Shown in pieces: positions 8,301-15,562 of a stretch of 47,224 bases of DNA (the stretch's first letter is position 1; every line of letters starts with the position of its first letter). A program made the position numbers and the translations under genes. A model generated the notes under the pieces. That model made no database searches. It was given only the letters and a program-made list of their open reading frames with translations, and was not told the origin of the DNA. Source of the DNA: an uncultured Erysipelotrichaceae bacterium (lineage in GTDB: Bacteria; Bacillota_I; Bacilli_A; RFN20; CAG-826); contig CAMYZF010000002.1 of assembly GCA_947303755.1 (NCBI GenBank), positions 1 through 47,224 on the forward strand, in the 5' to 3' direction.

Positions 8301-9635
8301 GCTGATCCATTCACAGTTGCTGAAGCCGGAGTTGTTATCGAAGCTTTAGAAACAATTGAAGCCAATGTTTCTGGTATCATTTCACAAGTCGATTCTTACG
8401 ACAGCAAATATCACAGTATTACATACTGGATTAGCGATGACGGAACAACAACCGATCAATTAGAAGTCTATTCTGGTAAAGGCTTATCAGGTGCTGACTT
8501 CTCAAGTAAAGACGATGTCGCAGTTGGCGCTGAAGTTGTCGTTAGTGGTACTCTCAAAAAGTACAATAGCGTCTACGAATTTGATAAGAACAACGAACTT
8601 GTTTCTTATGTCGGTCCAACTCCAGTAGTTACTCCTGAACTTTCACTATCGGCAGATCAGGGTTACTTTGGTCTAGATGGTGGAATGTCGGTCTTAGCTT
8701 CATGGGAAGGCTTTAGTGCTGATCCAACACTTAGTGTTGAAGGCACTCCATCTTGTGTTAACGTCAGTTTTGATGATGCACCACAAGTTTACTTCTCAGC
8801 CAAAGCTAGTGGTACTGAAATAGTTACTATCAAAGCAACTAACGGTTCAGAAGTTGCAACTGCAACATTTACAGTTGTTGTCACTGAACACGCTGGCACA
8901 GAAGCCGATCCATATTCAGTTACTGATGCTAAATTACTTCTTATAAAATTTGATAACATCAGCGGCACTGTTAAAGGCGTCATTTCCCAAGTTGTTTCTG
9001 ATTCATTCAGTGAAGGAAGTGCTTCCTATTATATTAGCGATGATGGCACAACAACCGATCAACTCCTTGTTACCTTAGGTAAAGGATATGGCGGTGCAGA
9101 CTTTGATTCTATCAGCGATGTCGCTGTTGGCACTCAAGTGTTTGTCGGCGGAACATTATTTGACGGTGGATTTGCTTCAGGTAGCTCCATTGTCTCACTT
9201 CCAAATGCTGAAGCATTTGCTCAAACACTTCTTGATGAAACCGATACCGTTTGCACAAATTCTGAAGAACCAGGATCTGCCAAACGTAAACTCGCTTTGA
9301 AGAAATTGTGGGGGAGCACTGGTGCAGTTGGTGCTGGCTATGAAGCTCTTACCGCAACTGAAAAACATGCTTTGATAAAATCAGCCGCTAAAGAAGATGG
9401 CTCAGTCGTCGAACAAGCTATGGCTCGTTATGATTACTTAGTCTCTGCTTATAGTTTGGATAATATTATCGGCAGAACACCTTCATCTAGCTTAGTTAAT
9501 ACTCAAACAATTTCTAACGAAAATAGTGTTAGCACAAGTGTTGCTACTAGCGTTGTGATTGTTGTTGCAGTCATCTCTATTACAACTCTTGCGGTACTCG
9601 TTGTCGTTAAGAAAAGAAAAGCAACTTCTAGATAA
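5394..9635 (+). CDS. Large (1413 aa) modular cell-surface protein with signal peptide and C-terminal membrane anchor
   Basis: N-terminal MKLFSKITTAIVGIALAAGVGVAASG signal. C-terminal VATSVVIVVAVISITTLAVLVVVKKRKATSR is a TM helix plus basic tail. Internal Cys-rich, beta-rich, Ig-like and OB-like repeated modules. Thr/Ser/Gly-rich composition. Confidence 0.85.
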   Translation: MKLFSKITTAIVGIALAAGVGVAASGNKAKAANAAEVLSYKLDFAANSTDTDNNAALGTNVADYFVAGADYVSSLASSKVYLGKSSMNGLKFGSSSVKGTLTLTLASSGQVKATKIRLALAMYDSGQKVKVSINSASSGTGYSLLEPTTSLADYDVAWDGATNLSTINIESNVASKCRFYLDYIEVYVDDGGGSCDHNWVAGTVHNPTCTEEGYTEYQCSLCGETKHDNVTAALGHDFGNWEVTTEPTCTEPGSQTRVCSRDSSHVEVEPIAALGHNFVDGICTVCGAEQPSEVTVGYVFSEHYSADTEIDGVTIAADSNVSFVFAKREGGNATKYYANGTAARWYGGGTFTVSSTAGNILSIDVVYSRHDNAVTVDVGSYSDISSASGTGTWTGESSAVVFTQAGTTGHDRISSLSITYDGGSTPPTPVCTHNWVAGTVHNPTCTEQGYTEYECSLCGETKHDDFVAALGHDYGEWQTLTEPTCTEPGSKQHVCKNDSSHVEVEEIPALGHNFVDGVCTVCGAEEGSETTISLDFSSDSYGITTTQGNQTLTGDGATYGFEFGAGTGTGAKYNTDNKYVLFGKAGVYFRNTSAPENSYISAISWTYTSGVSTNVQLSLSYGEVALNAQSSPITSFGKATQNGEVSLTQSDTSKAYFFIYVTNAYNCQFKNFSVTWTKNSTPPTPVTSYTVTDSVANGSLDKASVNEGATLTTTITPDAKYDLPESVSVTMGGVAITADYTNGVVTVVNVTGDIEITAECGKTHGLWEDDPYTVAEARAAIDAGTNLSGAYVSGIISQVDSYNSTYHSITYWISDDGTTTNHLQVYSGKNVGNTDFSKVEDVEVGATVEVTGTLKKYNDTYEFDKNNYLVTYVAPVHVDPVITLSAYKGHLGMSEVGLEITCDSESFSGTPTFSVEGTPSYVNVSVSGSTITLSPKAVGTETLTVKGVYNTQEASKEFKVCVTQHAGSAADPFTVAEAGVVIEALETIEANVSGIISQVDSYDSKYHSITYWISDDGTTTDQLEVYSGKGLSGADFSSKDDVAVGAEVVVSGTLKKYNSVYEFDKNNELVSYVGPTPVVTPELSLSADQGYFGLDGGMSVLASWEGFSADPTLSVEGTPSCVNVSFDDAPQVYFSAKASGTEIVTIKATNGSEVATATFTVVVTEHAGTEADPYSVTDAKLLLIKFDNISGTVKGVISQVVSDSFSEGSASYYISDDGTTTDQLLVTLGKGYGGADFDSISDVAVGTQVFVGGTLFDGGFASGSSIVSLPNAEAFAQTLLDETDTVCTNSEEPGSAKRKLALKKLWGSTGAVGAGYEALTATEKHALIKSAAKEDGSVVEQAMARYDYLVSAYSLDNIIGRTPSSSLVNTQTISNENSVSTSVATSVVIVVAVISITTLAVLVVVKKRKATSR
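5976..6980 (+). repeat. Two copies of a ~99-aa Cys-rich module (5976-6272 and 6684-6980), period 708 nt
   Basis: C(D/T)HNWVAGTVHNPTCTE(E/Q)GYTEY(Q/E)CSLCGETKHD...ALGHD(F/Y)G(N/E)W...TEPTCTEPGS...ALGHNFVDG(I/V)CTVCGAE is repeated almost verbatim. Confidence 0.9.
7698..9200 (+). repeat. Three tandem ~600-nt units (starting ~7698, ~8301, ~8901), each an OB-like module; the first two also carry an Ig-like module
   Basis: (D/A)DP(Y/F)(T/S)V(A/T)(E/D)A...VSGIISQVDSY(N/D)S.YHSITYWISDDGTTT..L.VYSGK...GTLKKYN..YEFDKNN occurs three times. DNA runs of 23 and 26 nt are identical between 7770-7860 and 8368-8458. Confidence 0.9.
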
Positions 9636-9659
9636 GAAAAATTATTAACATTAATTTAT

Positions 9660-9692
9660 GGAGAGTGGTTGAAAAATCACTCTCTTTTTTAT
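9660..9692 (+). terminator. Intrinsic terminator of the surface-protein gene
   Basis: GAGAGTG (9661-9667) / CACTCTC (9678-9684) followed by TTTTTT. Confidence 0.85.
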
Positions 9693-9703
9693 TATCTATT
9701 GAA

Positions 9704-9719
9704 ATACAACTAGTTGTAT
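9704..9719. promoter_or_regulatory. Perfect 16-bp palindrome ATACAACTAGTTGTAT, candidate autoregulatory operator of the antitoxin gene
   Basis: Perfect dyad lying between a TTGAAA (9699-9704) and the TATAAT-containing stretch, about 40 nt upstream of ATG 9761. Confidence 0.45.
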
Positions 9720-9760
9720 TGAACAATATAATTAACAAAATATCTAAATAGGAGATTTTT

Positions 9761-9994
9761 ATGGAATACAGTGTTTCTGAAGCGAAAAAACATTTATCAC
9801 AAATAATTCAATGGTTATTAGATGAAAAGGAAGATTCGATAATCATTTCTAAGAATGGAAAACCAGTTGTTATGATGAGCCTTTTTCACAACAAGAATCC
9901 AATGAGAATAGGGGCCGCAAAAACCGAGATGAAAGACTTTGATATTTCACTAGAAAAATTTAATAGTATTCCTATCGATAATTTTGGGTTATAA
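9761..9994 (+). CDS. Phd/YefM-type antitoxin-like protein with no adjacent toxin gene
   Basis: MEYSVSEAKKHLSQIIQ...IIISKNGKPVVMMS is the Phd/YefM N-terminal fold signature. The C-terminal KDFDISLEKFNSIPIDNF resembles the toxin-binding tail of VapB-like Phd antitoxins. SD TAGGAG. Confidence 0.7.
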   Translation: MEYSVSEAKKHLSQIIQWLLDEKEDSIIISKNGKPVVMMSLFHNKNPMRIGAAKTEMKDFDISLEKFNSIPIDNFGL

Positions 9995-10017
9995 ATTTGC
10001 AATAACTAATAAGAAAA

Positions 10018-11205
10018 TTATTGTTTATTGTGAACAAATTTTTGGAAGTTTAAAGCGTCTTTTAAATCATCAAAAATAGCGATGAAAAATTCATCTCCCA
10101 TCGCTTGTCTAAATGATTCAGAATAATAGCCGTGTTCAATAATATTTTTACGATAGAATTTTTCAATATCCCCTGCAGATTCCACATATTTGTACTCATT
10201 TTTGCGATTTACTGAAATGGATACTTTATTAGTAGAATTGTCTAAATTTGAGATGTTTTTAGTGATGACATCTGCGTAGGTTTGATAGTAGTCAAATTTG
10301 GACACTAAATTGAGGAGTTCTGGGGTGTCTCCTCCTGGTGAACGTAGGTTAGCTTCAAGGGCAACAATTTCACCTTTATTTGCTAAGCCTTTTTTATCTT
10401 GAGTAAGGACAAAGAATTCTATGTGAAAACATCTTGATCTGATATTAAAAGATTTGACGACTCTTTCACCCATCTTTTTAAATTCTTCATTCATTGAGCT
10501 TTTTGCGTAATAATAGACATCTTTATTTTCTCTAACGACTGTCGCGATAGGAGTAGGGAATGTTTCATTAAAACAGATGACAACATCGCTTTGCTCGTTA
10601 GCGATTCCATCAAAAGATGTGATATATCCTTCTAAATATTCTTCGATGATGTATTTTTCATGAAGATCTTGATTATGGAAATTAGCTAGATCTTCTTCGT
10701 TTGAGATTTTAAATGTATCGGATGCACCGACACCAGAATCTGGTTTAGCAAATAAGGGATAGCCAACTTCTTTAGCAAATTTCTTTGATTCATCTAAAGA
10801 AGAAGCAATTATGTATCTTGCAGTTTTCACTCCAGCGTTTTGGAAATATTTCTTCATGCTGGATTTGCATTTATAGTCTAATAATTCTAGATAACGATAA
10901 CCTTTTTCGACAGCGAATTCTTCTCTTAATTTTGCATCGTTTTCCATCCAATATTCATTGTTGGATTCAATGAAATCGATGTGACCATATTTGCTTTGCA
11001 AATAACCAATCGTATTTCTCATCCAATCATAGTTGTTCATATTGGATACATAACAATACTCAGTTAGATTATCTTTTAACTCTTGATTTAGATTAGCATA
11101 TTGTTCATCACCAATACCTAAAACATTCACGCCTCTTTCTTTGAGAGCTTTGACGAAATGTGAATAAATTTTTGGGAAATTTGGTGATATAAATACGAAA
11201 TTCAT
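10018..11205 (-). CDS. ATP-grasp domain protein (ligase of unknown substrate)
   Basis: GYPLFAKPDSGVGASDTFKI, YIIEEYLEG and VALEANLRSPGG match ATP-grasp nucleotide-binding and catalytic-loop patterns. 395 aa. Confidence 0.75.
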   Translation of the reverse strand: MNFVFISPNFPKIYSHFVKALKERGVNVLGIGDEQYANLNQELKDNLTEYCYVSNMNNYDWMRNTIGYLQSKYGHIDFIESNNEYWMENDAKLREEFAVEKGYRYLELLDYKCKSSMKKYFQNAGVKTARYIIASSLDESKKFAKEVGYPLFAKPDSGVGASDTFKISNEEDLANFHNQDLHEKYIIEEYLEGYITSFDGIANEQSDVVICFNETFPTPIATVVRENKDVYYYAKSSMNEEFKKMGERVVKSFNIRSRCFHIEFFVLTQDKKGLANKGEIVALEANLRSPGGDTPELLNLVSKFDYYQTYADVITKNISNLDNSTNKVSISVNRKNEYKYVESAGDIEKFYRKNIIEHGYYSESFRQAMGDEFFIAIFDDLKDALNFQKFVHNKQ

Positions 11206-11212
11206 ATTTACG

Positions 11213-11218
11213 ATTATA
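11213..11218 (-). promoter_or_regulatory. -10 box TATAAT 7 nt upstream of ATG 11205 (leaderless candidate)
   Basis: The minus strand reads TATAAT-CGTAAAT-ATG with no SD. Confidence 0.5.
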
Positions 11219-11328
11219 ATAATTCAATTTTAGAAATAAAGAAGAAAGCGCTTAAAGGGGAGAAAAGATACCTTATTTGAAATATTCTCTTTCTTTTAGC
11301 CTGTGAAAACGCTTTATTAAAATAAACC

Positions 11329-11358
11329 TTGTCTCTTATTTTGTTTCCTTATTATAAT
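11329..11358 (+). promoter_or_regulatory. Candidate hydrogenase operon promoter TTGTCT-18-TATAAT
   Basis: TTGTCT 11329-11334 and TATAAT 11353-11358, about 30 nt upstream of SD GGAGGAG. Confidence 0.4.
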
Positions 11359-11390
11359 AATAAGCGTCATTTTATTGTTGGAGGAGATAT

Positions 11391-11870
11391 ATGGCTAAAT
11401 TACAACCACATGCTGTAAAACTCATTACAGAAATCGTTGAAAGATACAAAGACGAACCAACATCTACCATGATGATTCTTGAAGATATCCAAAAAGAATT
11501 TGGATATATTCCTTTGGAAGTCCAAGAATTAGTTTCAAAATTGACTGGTGTACCAGTTAGTGAAATCTATGGTGTCGTCACTTTCTATTCTTTCTTTTCA
11601 ATGACCCCAAAAGGAAAATACAACATTGGTGTCTGTCTTGGAACCGCTTGCTATGTTAAGGGTTCTCAATTAGTGCTCGATAAATTCTCTGAATTATTAG
11701 GCATTAAACCAGGCGAAACCACACCAGACGGATTATTCACCATCGACGTACTACGCTGCATTGGCGCATGCGCTCTTGCACCTGCAGTCACAATTAACGG
11801 CAAAGTCTATTCACAAGTCAAAACAGACGATGTTAAAAAGATTATCGCCGAATATAAGGAGGCTAATTAA
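11391..11870 (+). CDS. hydC: [FeFe] hydrogenase complex, NuoE-like [2Fe-2S] subunit
   Basis: CLGTACYVKG ... LRCIGACALAPAV is the NuoE/HndA thioredoxin-like 2Fe-2S pattern. The stop overlaps the next start (TAATG). Confidence 0.9.
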   Translation: MAKLQPHAVKLITEIVERYKDEPTSTMMILEDIQKEFGYIPLEVQELVSKLTGVPVSEIYGVVTFYSFFSMTPKGKYNIGVCLGTACYVKGSQLVLDKFSELLGIKPGETTPDGLFTIDVLRCIGACALAPAVTINGKVYSQVKTDDVKKIIAEYKEAN

Positions 11871-13741
11871 TGGATAAGATCGCTAATGTAAAGCAATTAC
11901 AAGAACGCTACGAACATTGTGCGGATTGCTTAAAGAAGAAATTCAAATGCGCTCCAGGGCATCGTGCTATCGTTGTCTGTGGCGATACCGGCTGTTTATC
12001 CTTAAATAGCCAAGAAATCTTGGATGAATTCCAAAGATTAATCAAAGAACACAACTTAGAAGACAAAGTTACCGCTAACATGGTGGGCTGTCTCGGTTTT
12101 TGTTCCCAAGGACCATTCGTCAAAATTTATCCAGAAGAAACTTTATATAATAAAGTCACTCCAAAAGACGCAACCGAAATCTTTGAAAAAGATATTCTTA
12201 ATAACGAAGTTGTGGAACACCTTTTATTTATTGATCCACAAACCAAAGAAAGAATTCGTAAACAAGAAGATTACAATTATTACAAACTTCAAAAAAGAGG
12301 CTTTGCTTTAGTTGCAAACGCTGATATCAATCCAGAGAATTTAGATGAAGCTATCGCTATCGGAGCCTTCCAAGGACTTAAACGCGCTTTATCAATGAGC
12401 CGCAAAGAAGTCATCGATGAAGTTTTAAAATCAGGCTTAAGAGGAAGAGGCGGTGGTGGCTTCCCAACCGGAAAGAAATGGTCATTCGTTCCTGACACCG
12501 ATGAACCAAAATACATGATTTGTAATGGTGACGAAGGTGACCCAGGTGCCTTTATGGACCGTTCCATCATCGAAGCTAACCCATGGGCAGTTATCGAAGG
12601 TATTATGATTGCTGGCTATGCCATTGGTGCTAATGATGGTTATTTCTATGTCCGTGCGGAATATCCTCTTGCTGTTAAACGTTTAAGCAATGCAATTAAG
12701 AAACTAGAAGCTATTGGCTTACTTGGAGATAATATCCTTGATAGCGGCTTCTCGTTCCGTTGCCACATCCGTCTAGGCGCTGGTGCCTTCGTCTGTGGTG
12801 AGGAAACTGCTTTAATCAATTCTATTGAAGGTAAACGAGGTATGCCTCGTCCACGTCCACCTTTCCCAGCTGTTAAAGGCTTATGGGGACATCCTTCTGT
12901 CGTTAATAACGTTGAAACTTTAGCAAATATTCCATTCATCTTAAGAGAAGGATGGGAAAAATTCGCTGCAGTTGGTACTGATGACACCAAAGGTACAAAA
13001 GTTTTCGCCCTTGGTGGTAAAGTCAACAACGTTGGTTTAGTTGAAGTCCCACTTGGAACTACCTTAAGACAACTTATCTATGATATTGGTGGTGGCATTC
13101 CAAATGGTAAGAAATTCAAAGCCATTCAAACTGGTGGTCCATCCGGAGGCTGTTTAACTGAAAAAGACTTAGACACTCCAATTGACTTCGGTAGTTTAAT
13201 CGCTGCTGGCTCAATGATGGGTTCTGGTGGTGCGATCGTCATGGACGAAGATAACTGTATGGTTGACGTCGCTAAATTCTATATGGAATTTATCTGCGAT
13301 GAAAGCTGCGGTAAATGTTCACCATGCCGTATCGGTACAAGAAGAATGCTTGAAATCTTACAAAAGATTACTTCTGGTAGGGGTGAACCAAAAGATCTTG
13401 ATGATCTTCGTGAACTCGCTGAAATCACTCAAAAGAACTCTTTATGCGCGTTAGGTCAAACTGCCGCTAACCCAGTTCTTTCAACTATGAGAGCTTTCCC
13501 AGAAGAATACGAAGCTCACGTTAAAGAACATCGCTGCCCAGCCCATGTCTGTAAAGCGATGGTCACATATTCTATCGATCCTAATAAATGTAAGAAATGC
13601 TCACTTTGTGCAAGAAATTGTCCAGTTCAAGCTATTTCTGGTGTTGTAGGCAAAGAACCATATGTTATCGATCCAAAGAAATGTATTAAATGTGGCTTAT
13701 GCTTATCTAACTGTCATTTCGGTGCAGTCTCTAAGAACTAG
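11870..13741 (+). CDS. hydB: [FeFe] hydrogenase complex, NuoF-like flavoprotein subunit
   Basis: GRGGGGFPTGKKW, NGDEGDPGAFMDR (FMN/NADH site), ESCGKCSPCR (N3 cluster), an N-terminal 2Fe-2S domain, and C-terminal CKKCSLCARNCP and CIKCGLCLSNC ferredoxin motifs. Confidence 0.95.
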   Translation: MDKIANVKQLQERYEHCADCLKKKFKCAPGHRAIVVCGDTGCLSLNSQEILDEFQRLIKEHNLEDKVTANMVGCLGFCSQGPFVKIYPEETLYNKVTPKDATEIFEKDILNNEVVEHLLFIDPQTKERIRKQEDYNYYKLQKRGFALVANADINPENLDEAIAIGAFQGLKRALSMSRKEVIDEVLKSGLRGRGGGGFPTGKKWSFVPDTDEPKYMICNGDEGDPGAFMDRSIIEANPWAVIEGIMIAGYAIGANDGYFYVRAEYPLAVKRLSNAIKKLEAIGLLGDNILDSGFSFRCHIRLGAGAFVCGEETALINSIEGKRGMPRPRPPFPAVKGLWGHPSVVNNVETLANIPFILREGWEKFAAVGTDDTKGTKVFALGGKVNNVGLVEVPLGTTLRQLIYDIGGGIPNGKKFKAIQTGGPSGGCLTEKDLDTPIDFGSLIAAGSMMGSGGAIVMDEDNCMVDVAKFYMEFICDESCGKCSPCRIGTRRMLEILQKITSGRGEPKDLDDLRELAEITQKNSLCALGQTAANPVLSTMRAFPEEYEAHVKEHRCPAHVCKAMVTYSIDPNKCKKCSLCARNCPVQAISGVVGKEPYVIDPKKCIKCGLCLSNCHFGAVSKN

Positions 13742-13752
13742 GAGGTATTATC

Positions 13753-15528
13753 ATGGCTTTAGTGAATATTAAAATTGAAGGCAAATCCTATCAGGTTGAT
13801 TCAAGTTTAACCGTCTTAGAGGCTTGCAGAAAATGTGGATATAATATCCCATCACTTTGTTCATTTAAAAAAGACAACTGCTCACTTGCAAGTTGCCGTG
13901 TTTGTTTAGTGGAAGTTAAAGGTGCTAGAGGCTTAGTTGCTTCTTGTGCTTATCCAGTAAATGAAGGTATGGAAATTTCCATTTCATCGCCTAAAGCGAT
14001 GGAAGCGAGAAGAAATTCCGTTGAACTCATCCTTTCGAACCATCACAAAGATTGTTTACAATGTGAGAAAAATGGTAAATGTGAACTTCTTGAAGTTTCC
14101 AAAATGGTCGGCGCTAGAGAAGGTAAATTCGAAGGTGTCCAAACTGAAGCAACAATTGATGAAGTTGCTCCAGGTATTATTAGAAATACAGGCAAATGTA
14201 TCCTTTGCGGTAGATGTATCGAAACCTGTAAGAGATTGCAAGGTATTGGCATCTTAGGATTTGAAAACCGTGGTTTTAAAACCATCGTTGCTCCTGCTCA
14301 AAATAGATCGTTTGCTAACTCTCCATGTATGCAGTGTGGACAATGCGTACTTGTTTGTCCAACTGGCGCACTCATGGAACATAGCGAAATCCCACTAGTG
14401 GATAAAGCCTTAAAAGATGGCAAATTCGTTGTTTGCCAAGTCGCTCCTGCTGTTAGAGCAGCTATTGCCGAAGAATTTGATGAAAAGATCGGTACCAACG
14501 GCACCAACAAGATGATTGCAGCCTTACATAGATTAGGCTTCTCAAGAGTGTTCGATGTCAACTTTGGTGCAGACTTAACAATTATGGAAGAAGGCACCGA
14601 ATTAATTCATAGAATTAAAAATGGTGGAGTTCTCCCACAAATCACCTCCTGTTCACCAGGATGGATTAACTACATGGAATATTATTATCCAGAAGTTATT
14701 CCAAATATGTCATCTTGCAAGAGCCCACATCAAATGCAAGGAGCAATTACCAAAACATATTTTGCAAAGACACATAACATCGATCCAAAAGACATCTTCG
14801 TTGTCTCAATCATGCCATGTACTGCGAAAAAATATGAAAGATCTCGTAAAGAGATGGAAGTTGATGGACTTCGCGATGTTGATGCTGTCTTAACTACTAG
14901 AGAAGTCGCAAGAATGATCAAACGTTCTGGCATTAACTGGAAGAAACTTCCAGAAAATGAAGAATTCGATCAAGACTTACTTGGTCAATATTCTGGTGCT
15001 GCCGTTATCTTCGGTGTCACTGGTGGTGTTATGGAAGCAGCTTTAAGAACTGCTTACAAAGTTTTAACTGGTAAAGAACACGAATTAATCAAATTTGAAG
15101 CTGTTCGTGGTCTTGAAGGTGTTAAAGAAGCCGCTGTTGATATTAATGGCCAAATCATTAAAGTTGCAGTTGCTTCTGGCATGAGAAACGCTAAACCACT
15201 TCTTGATGATATCAAAACTGGTAAATCCCCATATGCTTTCATTGAAATTATGGGTTGTCCAGGTGGATGTATTAATGGTGGTGGTCAACCATACGTTAAA
15301 CCAATGTTCTTACCAAATGAAGACGATGACATTTTAGAAACATATCGTCAAAAACGAGCAGCGGTTCTTTACTCGGAAGATGAACGTCAAGCGGTCAGAC
15401 AATCACATAACAATCCTGACATTATCGCTTTGTACAAGAACTTCCTTGGTGAACCACTTAGCGAATTATCTCACAAATTGCTTCACACTCACTATGTGAA
15501 AGATCGTGAACAATATCCAGATAAATAA
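13753..15528 (+). CDS. hydA: [FeFe] hydrogenase catalytic subunit with N-terminal Fe-S domains
   Basis: H-cluster motifs MPCTAKKYE and EIMGCPGGCINGGGQP are canonical. The first motif reads TSCSPGW (see findings). N-terminal 2Fe-2S, HxxxCxxC and two 4Fe-4S motifs are present. Confidence 0.93.
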   Translation: MALVNIKIEGKSYQVDSSLTVLEACRKCGYNIPSLCSFKKDNCSLASCRVCLVEVKGARGLVASCAYPVNEGMEISISSPKAMEARRNSVELILSNHHKDCLQCEKNGKCELLEVSKMVGAREGKFEGVQTEATIDEVAPGIIRNTGKCILCGRCIETCKRLQGIGILGFENRGFKTIVAPAQNRSFANSPCMQCGQCVLVCPTGALMEHSEIPLVDKALKDGKFVVCQVAPAVRAAIAEEFDEKIGTNGTNKMIAALHRLGFSRVFDVNFGADLTIMEEGTELIHRIKNGGVLPQITSCSPGWINYMEYYYPEVIPNMSSCKSPHQMQGAITKTYFAKTHNIDPKDIFVVSIMPCTAKKYERSRKEMEVDGLRDVDAVLTTREVARMIKRSGINWKKLPENEEFDQDLLGQYSGAAVIFGVTGGVMEAALRTAYKVLTGKEHELIKFEAVRGLEGVKEAAVDINGQIIKVAVASGMRNAKPLLDDIKTGKSPYAFIEIMGCPGGCINGGGQPYVKPMFLPNEDDDILETYRQKRAAVLYSEDERQAVRQSHNNPDIIALYKNFLGEPLSELSHKLLHTHYVKDREQYPDK

Positions 15529-15534
15529 CTTATT

Positions 15535-15557
15535 AAGCCCCTTAATGGGGCTTTTTT
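15535..15557 (+). terminator. Intrinsic terminator of the hydrogenase operon
   Basis: AGCCCC / GGGGCT stem with TTAAT loop, followed by TTTTTT. Confidence 0.85.
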
Positions 15558-15562
15558 GAAAA

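Noticed and set aside
11206-11390. Looked for a Rex operator (TTGTGAA-N4-TTCACAA type) upstream of the hydrogenase operon
   Set aside because: Only isolated half-site-like strings are present (TGTGAAAAC at about 11302, TTTGAAATATTC at about 11275). There is no convincing dyad.
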